Part shown: positions 8,506 through 16,672 of the stretch, one piece after another
Layout: each line of letters begins with the position of its first letter
How positions within the stretch are numbered: position 1 is the stretch's first letter
Virus record (IMG/VR): IMGVR_UViG_3300030399_000045
Span: 1 to 39,408 of that record
Direction: 5' to 3' (one strand)
Origin: a virus
Length of the DNA stretch: 39,408 bases
Translations under genes and position numbers: made by a program
The notes under the pieces: generated by a model
The model's input: the letters and a program-made list of their open reading frames with translations, nothing else
Databases searched by the model: none
What the model was told of the DNA's origin: nothing

Positions 8506-9136
8506 TTTTAGCCTCTCTTTCTTTCTTTGCATTTAAGCATGAGGTGATAATATTTTTCATATGTCTTTTCTCGATATGCGAAAGAGTCATGACCTGATAA
8601 TGGGATAATAATTTATTAAGCAGCTCATCGTTTCCATCCAGCAAGATGACAATCTGTTTGATATCTCCATCTGAAATAAATTCTTTAGAGGGAAGTGGCT
8701 CCGTCTGAACAGGAGTATTTTTCTGAAACTTCTGTTTAGAATCATGCCCATCAGCAGAGTTTCCGTCATCGTCATCATCAGGAGCCACGCCGCAAATTGC
8801 GGACAAAGCGTATCTCCTCATATAAGTACATGCCTTACCTATTTCCTGGGCCTCGCGCTTGATGCTAATGATTGGCATGAATGATTTGATCCACTGACCG
8901 CTTGCATGGGCAAGAGTGGTGATTAAAATCGTTTCCGGGCCATTTACTTCAAACGTCTGTATGACAGCCAGACCATTTTTAGAAAGAGGAGCGCGGCAAG
9001 CATTCCAAACAGCGATTAAATTTGCGTACTTTGATTTATAAAAAGGGTTAGCACTATCTTTGATAGCTGCGGTAATGTCACCCTGCGCTTTAGATAAAGC
9101 GCAGGCTAGTTCATTAATTTCTTGCGATTGATTCAT
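8492..9136 (-). CDS. erf: ERF-family single-strand annealing protein
   Basis: ELACALSKAQGDI...NPFYKSKYANL...TYMRRYAL, followed by an acidic D-rich tail. The start at 9136 follows GAGGAA. Confidence 0.8.
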   Translation of the reverse strand: MNQSQEINELACALSKAQGDITAAIKDSANPFYKSKYANLIAVWNACRAPLSKNGLAVIQTFEVNGPETILITTLAHASGQWIKSFMPIISIKREAQEIGKACTYMRRYALSAICGVAPDDDDDGNSADGHDSKQKFQKNTPVQTEPLPSKEFISDGDIKQIVILLDGNDELLNKLLSHYQVMTLSHIEKRHMKNIITSCLNAKKEREAKNGQG

Positions 9137-9144
9137 TTTTTTCC

Positions 9145-9468
9145 TCAATATGTAAATTCTTGTTCGTCGTGTGAATAGGTGTACCGATCTACGACAGGTT
9201 TTTCGTCTTCTGCATAAATTTTTTGCATACGGCAGTCATCCAGGTAATCCGAAAACTCTTCTTTTTTACCCAACAGAGCCAGTAATTCTTCGATACATAA
9301 ATTTAAAGTTTCCCTGGCATATTCGTACTCATCTTCTTCGAGCATCTTATATGCGATCTTAAAAATAAGATCCGGCGCGCCAGGTTCATCCATGTAATAC
9401 GCCATTTTTCTAATACCGCTGTCTAAACATGAAATAAAATCATCAAAAAATCTATCAGTAAATTTCAT
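9145..9468 (-). CDS. Hypothetical acidic protein
   Basis: 107-aa ORF coupled to its neighbours. Confidence 0.55.
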   Translation of the reverse strand: MKFTDRFFDDFISCLDSGIRKMAYYMDEPGAPDLIFKIAYKMLEEDEYEYARETLNLCIEELLALLGKKEEFSDYLDDCRMQKIYAEDEKPVVDRYTYSHDEQEFTY

Positions 9469-9677
9469 GCTGCCACCTCATTTGCAATCATCCGACAATA
9501 TTGCTCAAAAAGATCCTTGTTAACTCGCCACAAATCGATGCCGACTTTAACCCGAAAGTACGTGTCATGATCCCATTGATACATTTTTTGATCGTAAACG
9601 GCATTCATGACATGCCCCATATAACTCAGGTCATCATCTATAGTTTTTAAGAAATTTAATACCACATTTTTCTTCAT
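9465..9677 (-). CDS. Hypothetical protein, first gene of the leftward operon
   Basis: The start at 9677 (MKKNVVLNF) follows AGGTGGA. Confidence 0.55.
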   Translation of the reverse strand: MKKNVVLNFLKTIDDDLSYMGHVMNAVYDQKMYQWDHDTYFRVKVGIDLWRVNKDLFEQYCRMIANEVAA

Positions 9678-9781
9678 AAATCCACCTATTGTTTTCATTG
9701 TAAAGCTGCTTTACATTGGCTGATCAACCTGCCCGTTTATGTCGATGATCGGGGCTCCAGGGATCTTGCTTTTGTGATTTG

Positions 9782-9810
9782 AATATAACATTTTGTATGA
9801 TTTAATGCAA
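9782..9810 (-). promoter_or_regulatory. Leftward promoter TTGCAT-N17-TATATT
   Basis: Reverse complement of 9805-9810 is TTGCAT and of 9782-9787 is TATATT, with a 17-nt spacer. The identical architecture recurs at 16396-16424. Confidence 0.6.
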
Positions 9811-9841
9811 TAAGAATTTAGATATTTTCTTAAATTCTTAT
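9810..9841. promoter_or_regulatory. Perfect 11-bp inverted repeat (operator candidate)
   Basis: ATAAGAATTTA (9810-9820) and TAAATTCTTAT (9831-9841) with a 10-nt spacer. It lies between the leftward -35 and the rightward -10. Confidence 0.6.
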
Positions 9842-9853
9842 GTCTGCTATACT
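9825..9853 (+). promoter_or_regulatory. Rightward promoter candidate (-10 TATACT)
   Basis: TATACT at 9848-9853, with only a weak -35 (TTTTCT). AAGGAGG and the ATG at 9877 follow. Confidence 0.4.
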
Positions 9854-9876
9854 ATTGGAAAAAAAGGAGGAAAATC

Positions 9877-10101
9877 ATGGAGATAAAGGAATATCTTGCT
9901 AAAAACAACATTACTCAAGCGCAAATGTCCCGTGAAATTGGCTATCATCAGCTTTACATGAGTCCGATTGTACAAAAGAAAACAATACCGGGAAAGAAAC
10001 TGGCATCTGCTATCGAGAAATATACGAAGGGAGAATGTACATTTGAGGAATTAAGACGAGAGAGAAAGAAAGACACTGGTCAGGCGGATATGTTTGAGTA
10101 A
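9877..10101 (+). CDS. Cro/YdaS-like HTH regulator
   Basis: 74 aa. NITQAQMSREIGYHQLYMS reads as an HTH. It is the first rightward gene at the divergent promoter region, with a strong RBS. Confidence 0.7.
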   Translation: MEIKEYLAKNNITQAQMSREIGYHQLYMSPIVQKKTIPGKKLASAIEKYTKGECTFEELRRERKKDTGQADMFE

Positions 10102-10174
10102 AGGGGGGCATTCCTGCGCCCCAGCATTGAGAACAAAAGGGCCCAGGATATAAATAGAGCACTGGCAATAAAAA

Positions 10175-10194
10175 AGCCACGGAAAACCGTGGCT
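10175..10194. terminator. Hairpin AGCCACGG-aaaa-CCGTGGCT
   Basis: 8-bp stem. An A-run lies upstream, which is a T-run on the minus strand; only TTAAT follows on the plus strand. Confidence 0.4.
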
Positions 10195-10304
10195 TAATCA
10201 TAGATTTTGCAGATCTATATCTAAAAACAATAGGTGAGCATAATATATATCATCTAAAAATAGAGGTCAAGGATGAAGCTACCAAAACACATGTCTCTTT
10301 CGTC

Positions 10305-10398
10305 GGGACACGGGACAGGGACGGGACAAATAGGGGACATGTCCCGACATTAAACGGGACAGACGGGACATGTGTCTTTAGACATGTCCCGATGTCCC
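10305..10398. repeat. GGGACA/TGTCCC iteron cluster (putative origin or regulator-binding array)
   Basis: GGGACA starts at 10305, 10312, 10323, 10334, 10356 and 10365. TGTCCC starts at 10340, 10385 and 10393. The palindrome GGGACATGTCCC spans 10334-10345. An AT-rich tract with ATCTAAAAA repeats lies at 10200-10260. Confidence 0.7.
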
Positions 10399-10689
10399 GA
10401 TGTTCTGTCCGGATTTTATGAACTGGCTGAAATAAACAAAAAGGGGATAGAGCATAATGATCATAAGAATTATTTTGATACAATAAAAAATTATTTTAGA
10501 AAAGAATTCACGTGTTTTTCGGAGAAAGATATTTCCATTGAGGAATATGAAAAGTGTAAAGAATTAGACGAACTTTGGGCTATTAGATGGTATCCCTATC
10601 AAACCACCAGTTTTAAAATAGTCTTTGCATCGACCTTGGAAAAGTGCCTTGAACTCGTCGAAGAGATGGAAAAAGATTGCGTTAAATAA
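10384..10689 (+). CDS. Hypothetical protein
   Basis: The ORF begins inside the iteron array. The first ATG is at 10384 (a GTG at 10372 is also possible) and there is no clear RBS. Confidence 0.45.
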   Translation: MSRCPDVLSGFYELAEINKKGIEHNDHKNYFDTIKNYFRKEFTCFSEKDISIEEYEKCKELDELWAIRWYPYQTTSFKIVFASTLEKCLELVEEMEKDCVK

Positions 10690-10726
10690 AAAAATTCAAC
10701 ACATTAAAAAAAACTGGAAAAAATCA

Positions 10727-10906
10727 ATGAAAAAGAATAAAGACAATTTTGAAATCGACGAAAATGCAACATTTAGATGCATTAGAACATGTCCTTATAC
10801 TATGGTGAGAGAAACCACACTAGATGAATTAGTGGACGCCTGTAATACCGGAAAAAGTCTTGATGAAATTAAAGAAATAATCAAGCAATTAGTACAGGAA
10901 CCTTAA
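10727..10906 (+). CDS. Hypothetical small protein
   Basis: I prefer the internal ATG (MKKNKDNFEID...) because the longer form overlaps the previous gene. Confidence 0.45.
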   Translation: MKKNKDNFEIDENATFRCIRTCPYTMVRETTLDELVDACNTGKSLDEIKEIIKQLVQEP

Positions 10907-10914
10907 AAAACAAA

Positions 10915-10935
10915 AGCCGGATGTTTAGTCCGGCT
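10915..10935. terminator. Hairpin AGCCGGA-tgtttag-TCCGGCT
   Basis: 7-bp stem 8 nt after the stop. An A-run lies upstream and TTAATG downstream. Confidence 0.4.
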
Positions 10936-11008
10936 TAATGCTATAACACGATCTTAATACTTCTTGTTATAGCAAATTAATCATTCCCAATCAAGGATAA
11001 ATTTTGCT

Positions 11009-11914
11009 ATGACTAATTACTCATTCGATATATCTCACGCACAAGACTTTGGAGATAGAGAAGCGATCTTCATTTTCAATCTTGCATTTTGGATTAATCA
11101 TAACCGTGCGAATAAAAAGAATTTTCATGATGGAAAAACTTGGACATATAACAGTCATGCAGCTTTTATCGAGATTTTTCCTTTTTGGACATCGAAACAA
11201 ATTAGACGGGTAATCGAAAGCTTGCTCGAACAGGGTGTAATAATTAAAGGAAATTATAATAAATCTTCATATGACCAAACTCTATGGTATGCTTTTGCTG
11301 ATGAAAGCAAGTTTTTACTCAATTTAGGAGACAGATGCCCAAAAGGGCAAATGGTCTTGCCTGAAAAGTCAAATGAAAATGCCCAAAAGGGCAAACCTAT
11401 ACCAGATATAAATCCCATATATAAAGAAGAACTACTACTAACGCTTGAAGAATTTACGGCATTGGGTTCGGAAAAAGAAGTAGTAGTATCTTCAGAAAAA
11501 AAAGAGAAAGCGACATCACTCCATCTCGAAGTTTTAAATATTTCTGAATCTACCAAGAAGTCCATTACAGCAAAATACACTGATGCGCAAATCAAACTTG
11601 CCGTCGAACGATGCCTTAAGTGGACATATAGAAATTCTGATGAACAGGGAATCTGGACAGCGCTGCACAAAGAAAAAGAATGGAATGACAACCCTGCATC
11701 CAATCAATTTGAAGAAAAAAACAAAAAATTCCTCGAATCTCTTATGCATTTGGACGGAAAGGAAATTGGGAATACGCTTATCACTATTGGGCATAAATAT
11801 ATTGAATTTGTATGTGGTCTTAAGAATAATACGTATCAGGTCGATCAGTCAGATTTTATCAATTTGGTGAAAAAATACATTCTGTACTTACAAGGAATTC
11901 AAAAAAATGCTTGA
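11009..11914 (+). CDS. Replication initiation-like protein (phage O/DnaD-like N-terminal wHTH)
   Basis: The N-terminus (REAIFIFNLAFWINHN...WTYNSHAAFIEIFPFWTSKQIRRVIESLLEQGVI) matches the pattern I associate with phage replication-initiator N-domains. It lies downstream of the iterons. Confidence 0.5.
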   Translation: MTNYSFDISHAQDFGDREAIFIFNLAFWINHNRANKKNFHDGKTWTYNSHAAFIEIFPFWTSKQIRRVIESLLEQGVIIKGNYNKSSYDQTLWYAFADESKFLLNLGDRCPKGQMVLPEKSNENAQKGKPIPDINPIYKEELLLTLEEFTALGSEKEVVVSSEKKEKATSLHLEVLNISESTKKSITAKYTDAQIKLAVERCLKWTYRNSDEQGIWTALHKEKEWNDNPASNQFEEKNKKFLESLMHLDGKEIGNTLITIGHKYIEFVCGLKNNTYQVDQSDFINLVKKYILYLQGIQKNA

Positions 11915-12185
11915 AATAGTGCAATGCAAGATCATAGAAAAAAATAAGTTGAAAGCCCAAGTCGCGGTCCGAATCCCGGAATGGCATCTAACCATCTTCG
12001 AAATAAGAATTTACGAAGATGGCGTAAAACGCTGGATATCGCTTCCCTGCTCGACTTATGACACTCAAGAAAAGAAAGTATACGTGAATACAATAAAGTT
12101 CGACACAAGCGAAATAAACCGCAAATTTCGCGATTCTGTGTTGATGGCATTTGATGAGTTTATCAAAAAGTTGGGTAATGAATGA
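11907..12185 (+). CDS. SpoVG-like nucleic-acid-binding protein
   Basis: The pattern KLKAQVAVRIPEWHLTIFEIRIYEDG..WISLP...FDT.EINRKFRDSVLMAFDEF parallels SpoVG, from memory. Confidence 0.4.
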   Translation: MLEIVQCKIIEKNKLKAQVAVRIPEWHLTIFEIRIYEDGVKRWISLPCSTYDTQEKKVYVNTIKFDTSEINRKFRDSVLMAFDEFIKKLGNE

Positions 12186-12430
12186 ATTTTTTTAGTTTAA
12201 CGGCGAATTTGATAGATGCAGCATTTTTGATTTTGGGAAAGGGAGGGAAACTTCTGAATGCGAGGCGTAATCGTTGGTGTTTTGTATGTGATATTGTATG
12301 TCTATCTTACTGGTTTTACATGAATATAAACCGGGGTTTGTATGCACAGGCTGGATCATGTATAGTCTCAACATGTTTATGCATTTATGGATTTTACAAC
12401 TGGGGAAGGCTAAATAAGGAAGGAAAATGA
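12182..12430 (+). CDS. Small membrane protein, PnuC-like fragment
   Basis: LLNARRNRWCF..DIV..SYWFYM....LYAQAG......CIYGFYNWGR resembles a PnuC N-terminal repeat. Confidence 0.4.
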   Translation: MNFFSLTANLIDAAFLILGKGGKLLNARRNRWCFVCDIVCLSYWFYMNINRGLYAQAGSCIVSTCLCIYGFYNWGRLNKEGK

Positions 12431-12729
12431 AAGAGATTAAAAAAGAAGCTGATAATACGGATTTTTATGATGGCATGGCCGTAATGGGTTTTAATATGTT
12501 GATCAAGGGTGCTTTTTTGTGCTACTTATCTGGTCGAGTGTCGCAAGCATTAGCCGATCCGAAGGAGTTCCTTGAGAAAATCACTCCCGTTGTCTATGAA
12601 GCCCTAATGGAATTTGAGCAATCTTTTGTAATCGAGCCAGATGGAGATCATCAAGTCTTGAAAGGTTCCGCAGGAATAAAAGAAATGTTAGATATATGCA
12701 GAGCATATTTAAATGCAAAGGACGAATAA
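12427..12729 (+). CDS. Hypothetical protein
   Basis: 100-aa ORF with an ATGA overlap. Confidence 0.55.
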   Translation: MKEIKKEADNTDFYDGMAVMGFNMLIKGAFLCYLSGRVSQALADPKEFLEKITPVVYEALMEFEQSFVIEPDGDHQVLKGSAGIKEMLDICRAYLNAKDE

Positions 12730-13138
12730 AGCTGGCTGGCGCACGATAGGAGCCAGGAAAATCTATTTTAAATCGGCGTGGGAAAACAATTATGCCTGTT
12801 ATCTGCAATTTTTGCTTGAGCATAGAAAAATACATAGTTGGCAATATGAACCACTAGACTTTTGGTTTTTAGAGATAAAGAGAGGAGTAAGAAGCTATAA
12901 GCCTGATTTTTTCGTGTTGCCGGTTCAAGGGGATGGTTACTGGGTAGAGGTGAAAGGTCATTATGACGCAAAGTCACTCACTAAAATCAAACGATTCAGG
13001 AAATACTACCCAAAAGAAATTTTAAAGTTGGTTGACAAGAAATGGTTTGAAAAATATGGTAAGGTTTACTGTTTTTTGCCCGGCTGGGAACCCGAAGGAT
13101 CGCCAAAATGTCTAAAACGCACACTGTCGCAGAGCTAA
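12713..13138 (+). CDS. PD-(D/E)xK-type nuclease (TnsA-N/DUF1064-like)
   Basis: YKPDFFVL....GYWVEVKG is the PD...E-x-K signature. Confidence 0.5.
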   Translation: MQRTNKAGWRTIGARKIYFKSAWENNYACYLQFLLEHRKIHSWQYEPLDFWFLEIKRGVRSYKPDFFVLPVQGDGYWVEVKGHYDAKSLTKIKRFRKYYPKEILKLVDKKWFEKYGKVYCFLPGWEPEGSPKCLKRTLSQS

Positions 13139-13299
13139 AATTAATCGACGCTATGAGCAATCGATGGAAAGAGTTTAAATATTTGCGACACAGAAAGCAT
13201 GATTTTGACATCGGTCATAAAGACTATATGACGATGAAGCAGCGCGAACAATTAATAGATTTATTATTTGACTTTATCGGGGTGCTAGATTATGACTAA
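13108..13299 (+). CDS. Hypothetical protein
   Basis: 63-aa ORF. Confidence 0.45.
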   Translation: MSKTHTVAELKLIDAMSNRWKEFKYLRHRKHDFDIGHKDYMTMKQREQLIDLLFDFIGVLDYD

Positions 13300-13447
13300 G
13301 TATGTGTTAGTGTTATTTTTATTTTTCCTAAGTGCGTGTACCTACTCGATCGTTCTTTCCTCAAGCGAAGGGGGTTCTAGCGGTTCAGTAGATGAAAAAC
13401 AGGATAATGCTCTTCAGGGGACTTTATCCGTACCAGCAAACTGGTAG
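13292..13447 (+). CDS. Small lipoprotein (51 aa)
   Basis: Not in the ORF track. MTKYVLVLFLFFLSAC has a signal peptide and an L-S-A-C lipobox. A strong terminator follows. Confidence 0.6.
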   Translation: MTKYVLVLFLFFLSACTYSIVLSSSEGGSSGSVDEKQDNALQGTLSVPANW

Positions 13448-13465
13448 TTTTTGTTTTAAGTGTCT

Positions 13466-13498
13466 GGCCCGGGAATCCTTACCCGGGTCTTTTTTTTT
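13466..13498 (+). terminator. Intrinsic terminator
   Basis: GGCCCGGG...CCCGGGTC stem followed by a T9 run. Confidence 0.8.
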
Positions 13499-13506
13499 GG
13501 ATAACT

Positions 13507-13737
13507 ATGAAATTTAAATATCGTTTTGAAATACTTTATGAACCTGCTGTGTTTAAAAAAGCACTTGAGTTTCTGCAAGCGTTTGACTTCGAAATTCAGG
13601 GGGTTGGAATAAAACATATACTCACATTCGAATCTGTCGATGATATTCCTATTTTTAAAATTAAAGAAAATATCACTGAAGCATATAAGTCAATGAATCT
13701 GCCGATATTGAGAATCCAAGGAGGCAAAGTTGAGTGA
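13507..13737 (+). CDS. Hypothetical protein
   Basis: 76-aa ORF. Confidence 0.5.
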   Translation: MKFKYRFEILYEPAVFKKALEFLQAFDFEIQGVGIKHILTFESVDDIPIFKIKENITEAYKSMNLPILRIQGGKVE

Positions 13738-14980
13738 TTTATCGTGGACAACAGAGATAAGAAAAATTAAAGGCCTCAAAGACTTTGATAAAAACCCCCG
13801 GCAAATTACAGAAGAACAGTTCGAAAGACTGAAACAGAGCATAAAAGATTTTGGATATGTCGAATTAGTGGCAGTAGATACAGACAATACAATCGTAGCG
13901 GGTCACATGCGTGTCCGGGCGATCAGAAAAGTACACGGCGACAGAGGGGAAATAGAAGTCAGAGTCCCTAGCAGAAAATTAACAGAACAGGAGCGTGAAA
14001 GATATGCGATCATTTCTAACAAAGTTACTGGAGATTGGGATTATGACACTCTTGCTAGTAGCTGGGATCTTGATATGCTATTTGATGTGGGTTTTGAGCC
14101 AGGAGCTTTTGATCTAGACCTGGGAGATGAAAAAAAAGAACCGATTGAAGATGACGAAACAGAAAGCATAGAGCCGGGAAAAGATGAAGATGCAAAAACA
14201 AAATTGGGCGACTTGTATGAGCTAAATGAACATAGAATTGTATGCGGAGATAGCACTAATCTGGAATATGTAAATTTATGTATGGGAGAAAATAAGCCCA
14301 TACTAATGGTGACTGATCCACCTTACGGCGTCGAATACAATGCTAAATGGCGCAGTCATGAAAAAATATTGGTCAAAGGAAGAAAAAAAGCAATATCGAT
14401 TGGAAAAGTACAAAATGATGATCGAGTGGATTGGTCCGAAGCACTAAAGCATTTTCCAGGCGATATTGCATATATTTGGTATGCTTCAACATTTTCTTCA
14501 CCCGTTCAAAATTCTCTTGAATCTTTAGAATACAAAATTGTATCTCAGATTATTTGGGTAAAACAACATTTTGCAATCTCAAGAGGCGACTATCATTGGA
14601 AACATGAACCTTGTTTTTATGCTGTAAAAAAAGACAAAAAACATAATTGGCAGGGAGCAAGAGACCAATCAACGTGCTGGGAAATAAAAAACTTATGTGC
14701 ATTTGGAAAATCGAATGAAGAACGAACAGCACACAGTACACAAAAGCCAATAGAATGCATGGCAAAACCAATACGCAATAATACGGGAGAGGGCCAAGGA
14801 GTATATGATCCATTTTTGGGAAGCGGAACAACGTTAATAGCAGCGGAAAATCTAAATCGAAAATGTTACGGAATAGAGATAAGCCCGGCATATATAGACA
14901 TTTGTATAAATCGATGGAAAAATCTGATGGAAAAAGAAAATAAGCCCTACAAGATCAAGATCAATGGAATTGAACAATAA
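13730..14980 (+). CDS. ParB-like nuclease domain fused to a DNA methyltransferase (DPPY, beta-class N6A/N4C)
   Basis: TTG start 5 nt after AGGAGG. The N-terminus has IVAGHMRVRA (ParB/Srx). The catalytic motif is VTDPPYG and the SAM motif is DPFLGSGTT near the C-terminus. Confidence 0.8.
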   Translation: MSDLSWTTEIRKIKGLKDFDKNPRQITEEQFERLKQSIKDFGYVELVAVDTDNTIVAGHMRVRAIRKVHGDRGEIEVRVPSRKLTEQERERYAIISNKVTGDWDYDTLASSWDLDMLFDVGFEPGAFDLDLGDEKKEPIEDDETESIEPGKDEDAKTKLGDLYELNEHRIVCGDSTNLEYVNLCMGENKPILMVTDPPYGVEYNAKWRSHEKILVKGRKKAISIGKVQNDDRVDWSEALKHFPGDIAYIWYASTFSSPVQNSLESLEYKIVSQIIWVKQHFAISRGDYHWKHEPCFYAVKKDKKHNWQGARDQSTCWEIKNLCAFGKSNEERTAHSTQKPIECMAKPIRNNTGEGQGVYDPFLGSGTTLIAAENLNRKCYGIEISPAYIDICINRWKNLMEKENKPYKIKINGIEQ

Positions 14981-14995
14981 ATTCCCCAAAGAGAC

Positions 14996-15160
14996 ATGAA
15001 AAGCATAACAGTTACAACGGAAATGTCAAAAGAATTAAGGGAAGCTTTATTTAGATTAGCTGATACCTCTTGCGAAAAAGGCCCCAAACCGCATAAGAGA
15101 AAAAATCTCTTAGATGAATTACTTGATAAGGAATGCCCCCATTGCGGGAAAGAGATATAA
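14996..15160 (+). CDS. Small ribbon-helix-helix-like protein (54 aa)
   Basis: Not in the ORF track. MKSITVTTEMSKELREALFRLAD is an RHH-like beta-alpha start, and CPHCG lies at the C-terminus. Confidence 0.4.
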   Translation: MKSITVTTEMSKELREALFRLADTSCEKGPKPHKRKNLLDELLDKECPHCGKEI

Positions 15161-15164
15161 ATTC

Positions 15165-15185
15165 CCCCGGACCCTTTGTCCGGGG
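15165..15185. terminator. Hairpin CCCCGGAC-ccttt-GTCCGGGG
   Basis: 8-bp GC stem right after the last rightward gene. There is no clear U-tract. Confidence 0.45.
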
Positions 15186-15260
15186 AAAATTTACTAAACC
15201 GTCTATCTAATAAAAAAAAACTATCTCTGTAAAAGTGTCCTTTGCCCATCGGCCTGACAC

Positions 15261-15294
15261 AAAAAAAACCGACACTCCCGGAAAGGAGTGCCGG
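15261..15294 (-). terminator. Intrinsic terminator for the leftward 17683-15341 block
   Basis: CCGACACTCC-cggaaa-GGAGTGCCGG stem. On the minus strand a T8 run follows. Confidence 0.75.
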
Positions 15295-15340
15295 ACAAAC
15301 AATAACAAGGATATCTCTTATGAAAAAAGTCATCCTAACC

Positions 15341-15517
15341 TTAATCAACTTTTTCTTTTAATTCAAGTCTTTCCATACATTTTCGACAAAGAATGTAATG
15401 CTTCCCGGACTCATCCAAAAATCCAGTGATTTTTCCAAATAAATGATCTGAAGATCCGCATATTGTACAAGTATAGTGAGATAAATCTGTTGGCTGCGAT
15501 ATGAATATTTCAATCAT
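15341..15517 (-). CDS. Zinc-ribbon protein (58 aa)
   Basis: Not in the ORF track. MIEIFISQPTDLSHYTCTICG...CRKC. It overlaps the upstream stop by a few nucleotides. Confidence 0.5.
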   Translation of the reverse strand: MIEIFISQPTDLSHYTCTICGSSDHLFGKITGFLDESGKHYILCRKCMERLELKEKVD

Positions 15518-15749
15518 GACTAATTTCCTTTTCCTTCAAATCAAGTTTTTGTTCGATTGTTTCTTGCTCGATCTCAATTTCAAAGCCAAATTTCTTCAAA
15601 ATTTCGTACTGCCGCCCGGAAATACAAACGGGACTCGGATTTTTGAACGCACTCAGTAAAAGTGTGGTTTTCTCATCGCATGGATACAAAAGTTTTCGGC
15701 CGTATTGGCTGCAAAATCTAAATTTGAGTTTCATTTTTTCTAAATTCAT
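15510..15749 (-). CDS. Hypothetical protein
   Basis: 79 aa with RBS AGGTGA. Confidence 0.55.
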   Translation of the reverse strand: MNLEKMKLKFRFCSQYGRKLLYPCDEKTTLLLSAFKNPSPVCISGRQYEILKKFGFEIEIEQETIEQKLDLKEKEISHD

Positions 15750-16036
15750 ATTTCACCTGCTGTTCGTAAGGGGATTGCTCCCGTTTTCATCAGTTTATAA
15801 ATTCCATCACTTAAATCTTCTCTAAATTCATCTTCATTCATGAAGAAAAATTCATCGTCTCCGATACACGCATATTCATATTCGTATATTTCCATCATGA
15901 AGTTATTTAATTTAATATGATGGGTTACCCGGCTGATCTTGCAATCAATAATTTCTATGGTATCGTATCCTAACGAGCTAGAGAAACCATGTTCTTTGCA
16001 ATATTCTTTGTCTAATTTAAATTTAAGTCCCTTCAT
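15746..16036 (-). CDS. Hypothetical acidic protein
   Basis: 96 aa with RBS AGGTGAGAAG. Confidence 0.55.
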   Translation of the reverse strand: MKGLKFKLDKEYCKEHGFSSSLGYDTIEIIDCKISRVTHHIKLNNFMMEIYEYEYACIGDDEFFFMNEDEFREDLSDGIYKLMKTGAIPLRTAGEI

Positions 16037-16084
16037 CTTCTCACCTATTGTTTCGGGGGATTGCTCCCCCTGTGTTTTACATTG

Positions 16085-16291
16085 CTAATGCATAGCTAAT
16101 GCATAATTAAATATTTCTTCTAAGCTAAACCCTGCTTCTGACAACGCATTAAGTTTTTCATCAACATGATGATCTGGGATTCTGGCGTCTATCACTTCAA
16201 ATAGCTCCTGTTTGAGTAAATCTCTTGTAAATCTTTCCCCAGTCACCCTATTGATCATTAGCTCTTTTGTTCCGCATTTTGATAAGATCAT
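16085..16291 (-). CDS. Hypothetical protein
   Basis: 68 aa with RBS AGGAGAA. Confidence 0.55.
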   Translation of the reverse strand: MILSKCGTKELMINRVTGERFTRDLLKQELFEVIDARIPDHHVDEKLNALSEAGFSLEEIFNYALAMH

Positions 16292-16395
16292 CGCTCTTCT
16301 CCTGTTTTGTTTGTTTAACTCGTTTTGCTCTCCGCCCTACTCTATCTGCGACTTTGCGATTATGTCGGCTCCAGATTTTCTCGCTTTGAAACATT

Positions 16396-16424
16396 AATAT
16401 AGCACGCTCGATGATTATATGCAA
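16396..16424 (-). promoter_or_regulatory. Promoter TTGCAT-N17-TATATT (minus strand)
   Basis: Same hexamers and spacing as the promoter at 9782-9810. It lies about 100 nt upstream of the 16291 start. Confidence 0.55.
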
Positions 16425-16463
16425 GTGTTAAATGCAAGGATTGAGAAAAAAGACGAAAAAAGA

Positions 16464-16491
16464 TTGACTAAAAAAATGTATTGTCTAACAT
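16464..16491 (+). promoter_or_regulatory. Promoter candidate TTGACT-N16-TAACAT
   Basis: It is divergent from the previous promoter and upstream of the terS region. Confidence 0.4.
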
Positions 16492-16517
16492 AGTCTTAAA
16501 ATACAATGGGTTACAAA

Positions 16518-16658
16518 ATGGACAAGAAGATTAAGAAAATTCAGAAAGATACGAAAAAACTCGCGAAAGAAGAATCGTCATTGCTCAAAGCAGATAAGAA
16601 AAGAGATAAGGTTTGCGATCTCGGAAAAGCAGTGATGAAAAAGAAACATAAGAAATAA
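16518..16658 (+). CDS. Very basic 46-aa peptide
   Basis: Not in the ORF track. MDKKIKKIQKDTKKLAKEE..., directly upstream of terS. Confidence 0.3.
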   Translation: MDKKIKKIQKDTKKLAKEESSLLKADKKRDKVCDLGKAVMKKKHKK

Positions 16659-16672
16659 CATATAGAGATATC

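Noticed and set aside
10305-10398. The repeat cluster as a CRISPR array.
   Set aside because: The repeats are 6-7 nt, are in both orientations, and are separated by 0-16 nt. There are no spacer-sized unique segments.
10250-10483. The minus-strand 77-aa ORF across the iteron array.
   Set aside because: Its sequence is dictated by the GGGACA/TGTCCC repeats. It has no RBS and runs against the local transcription direction.
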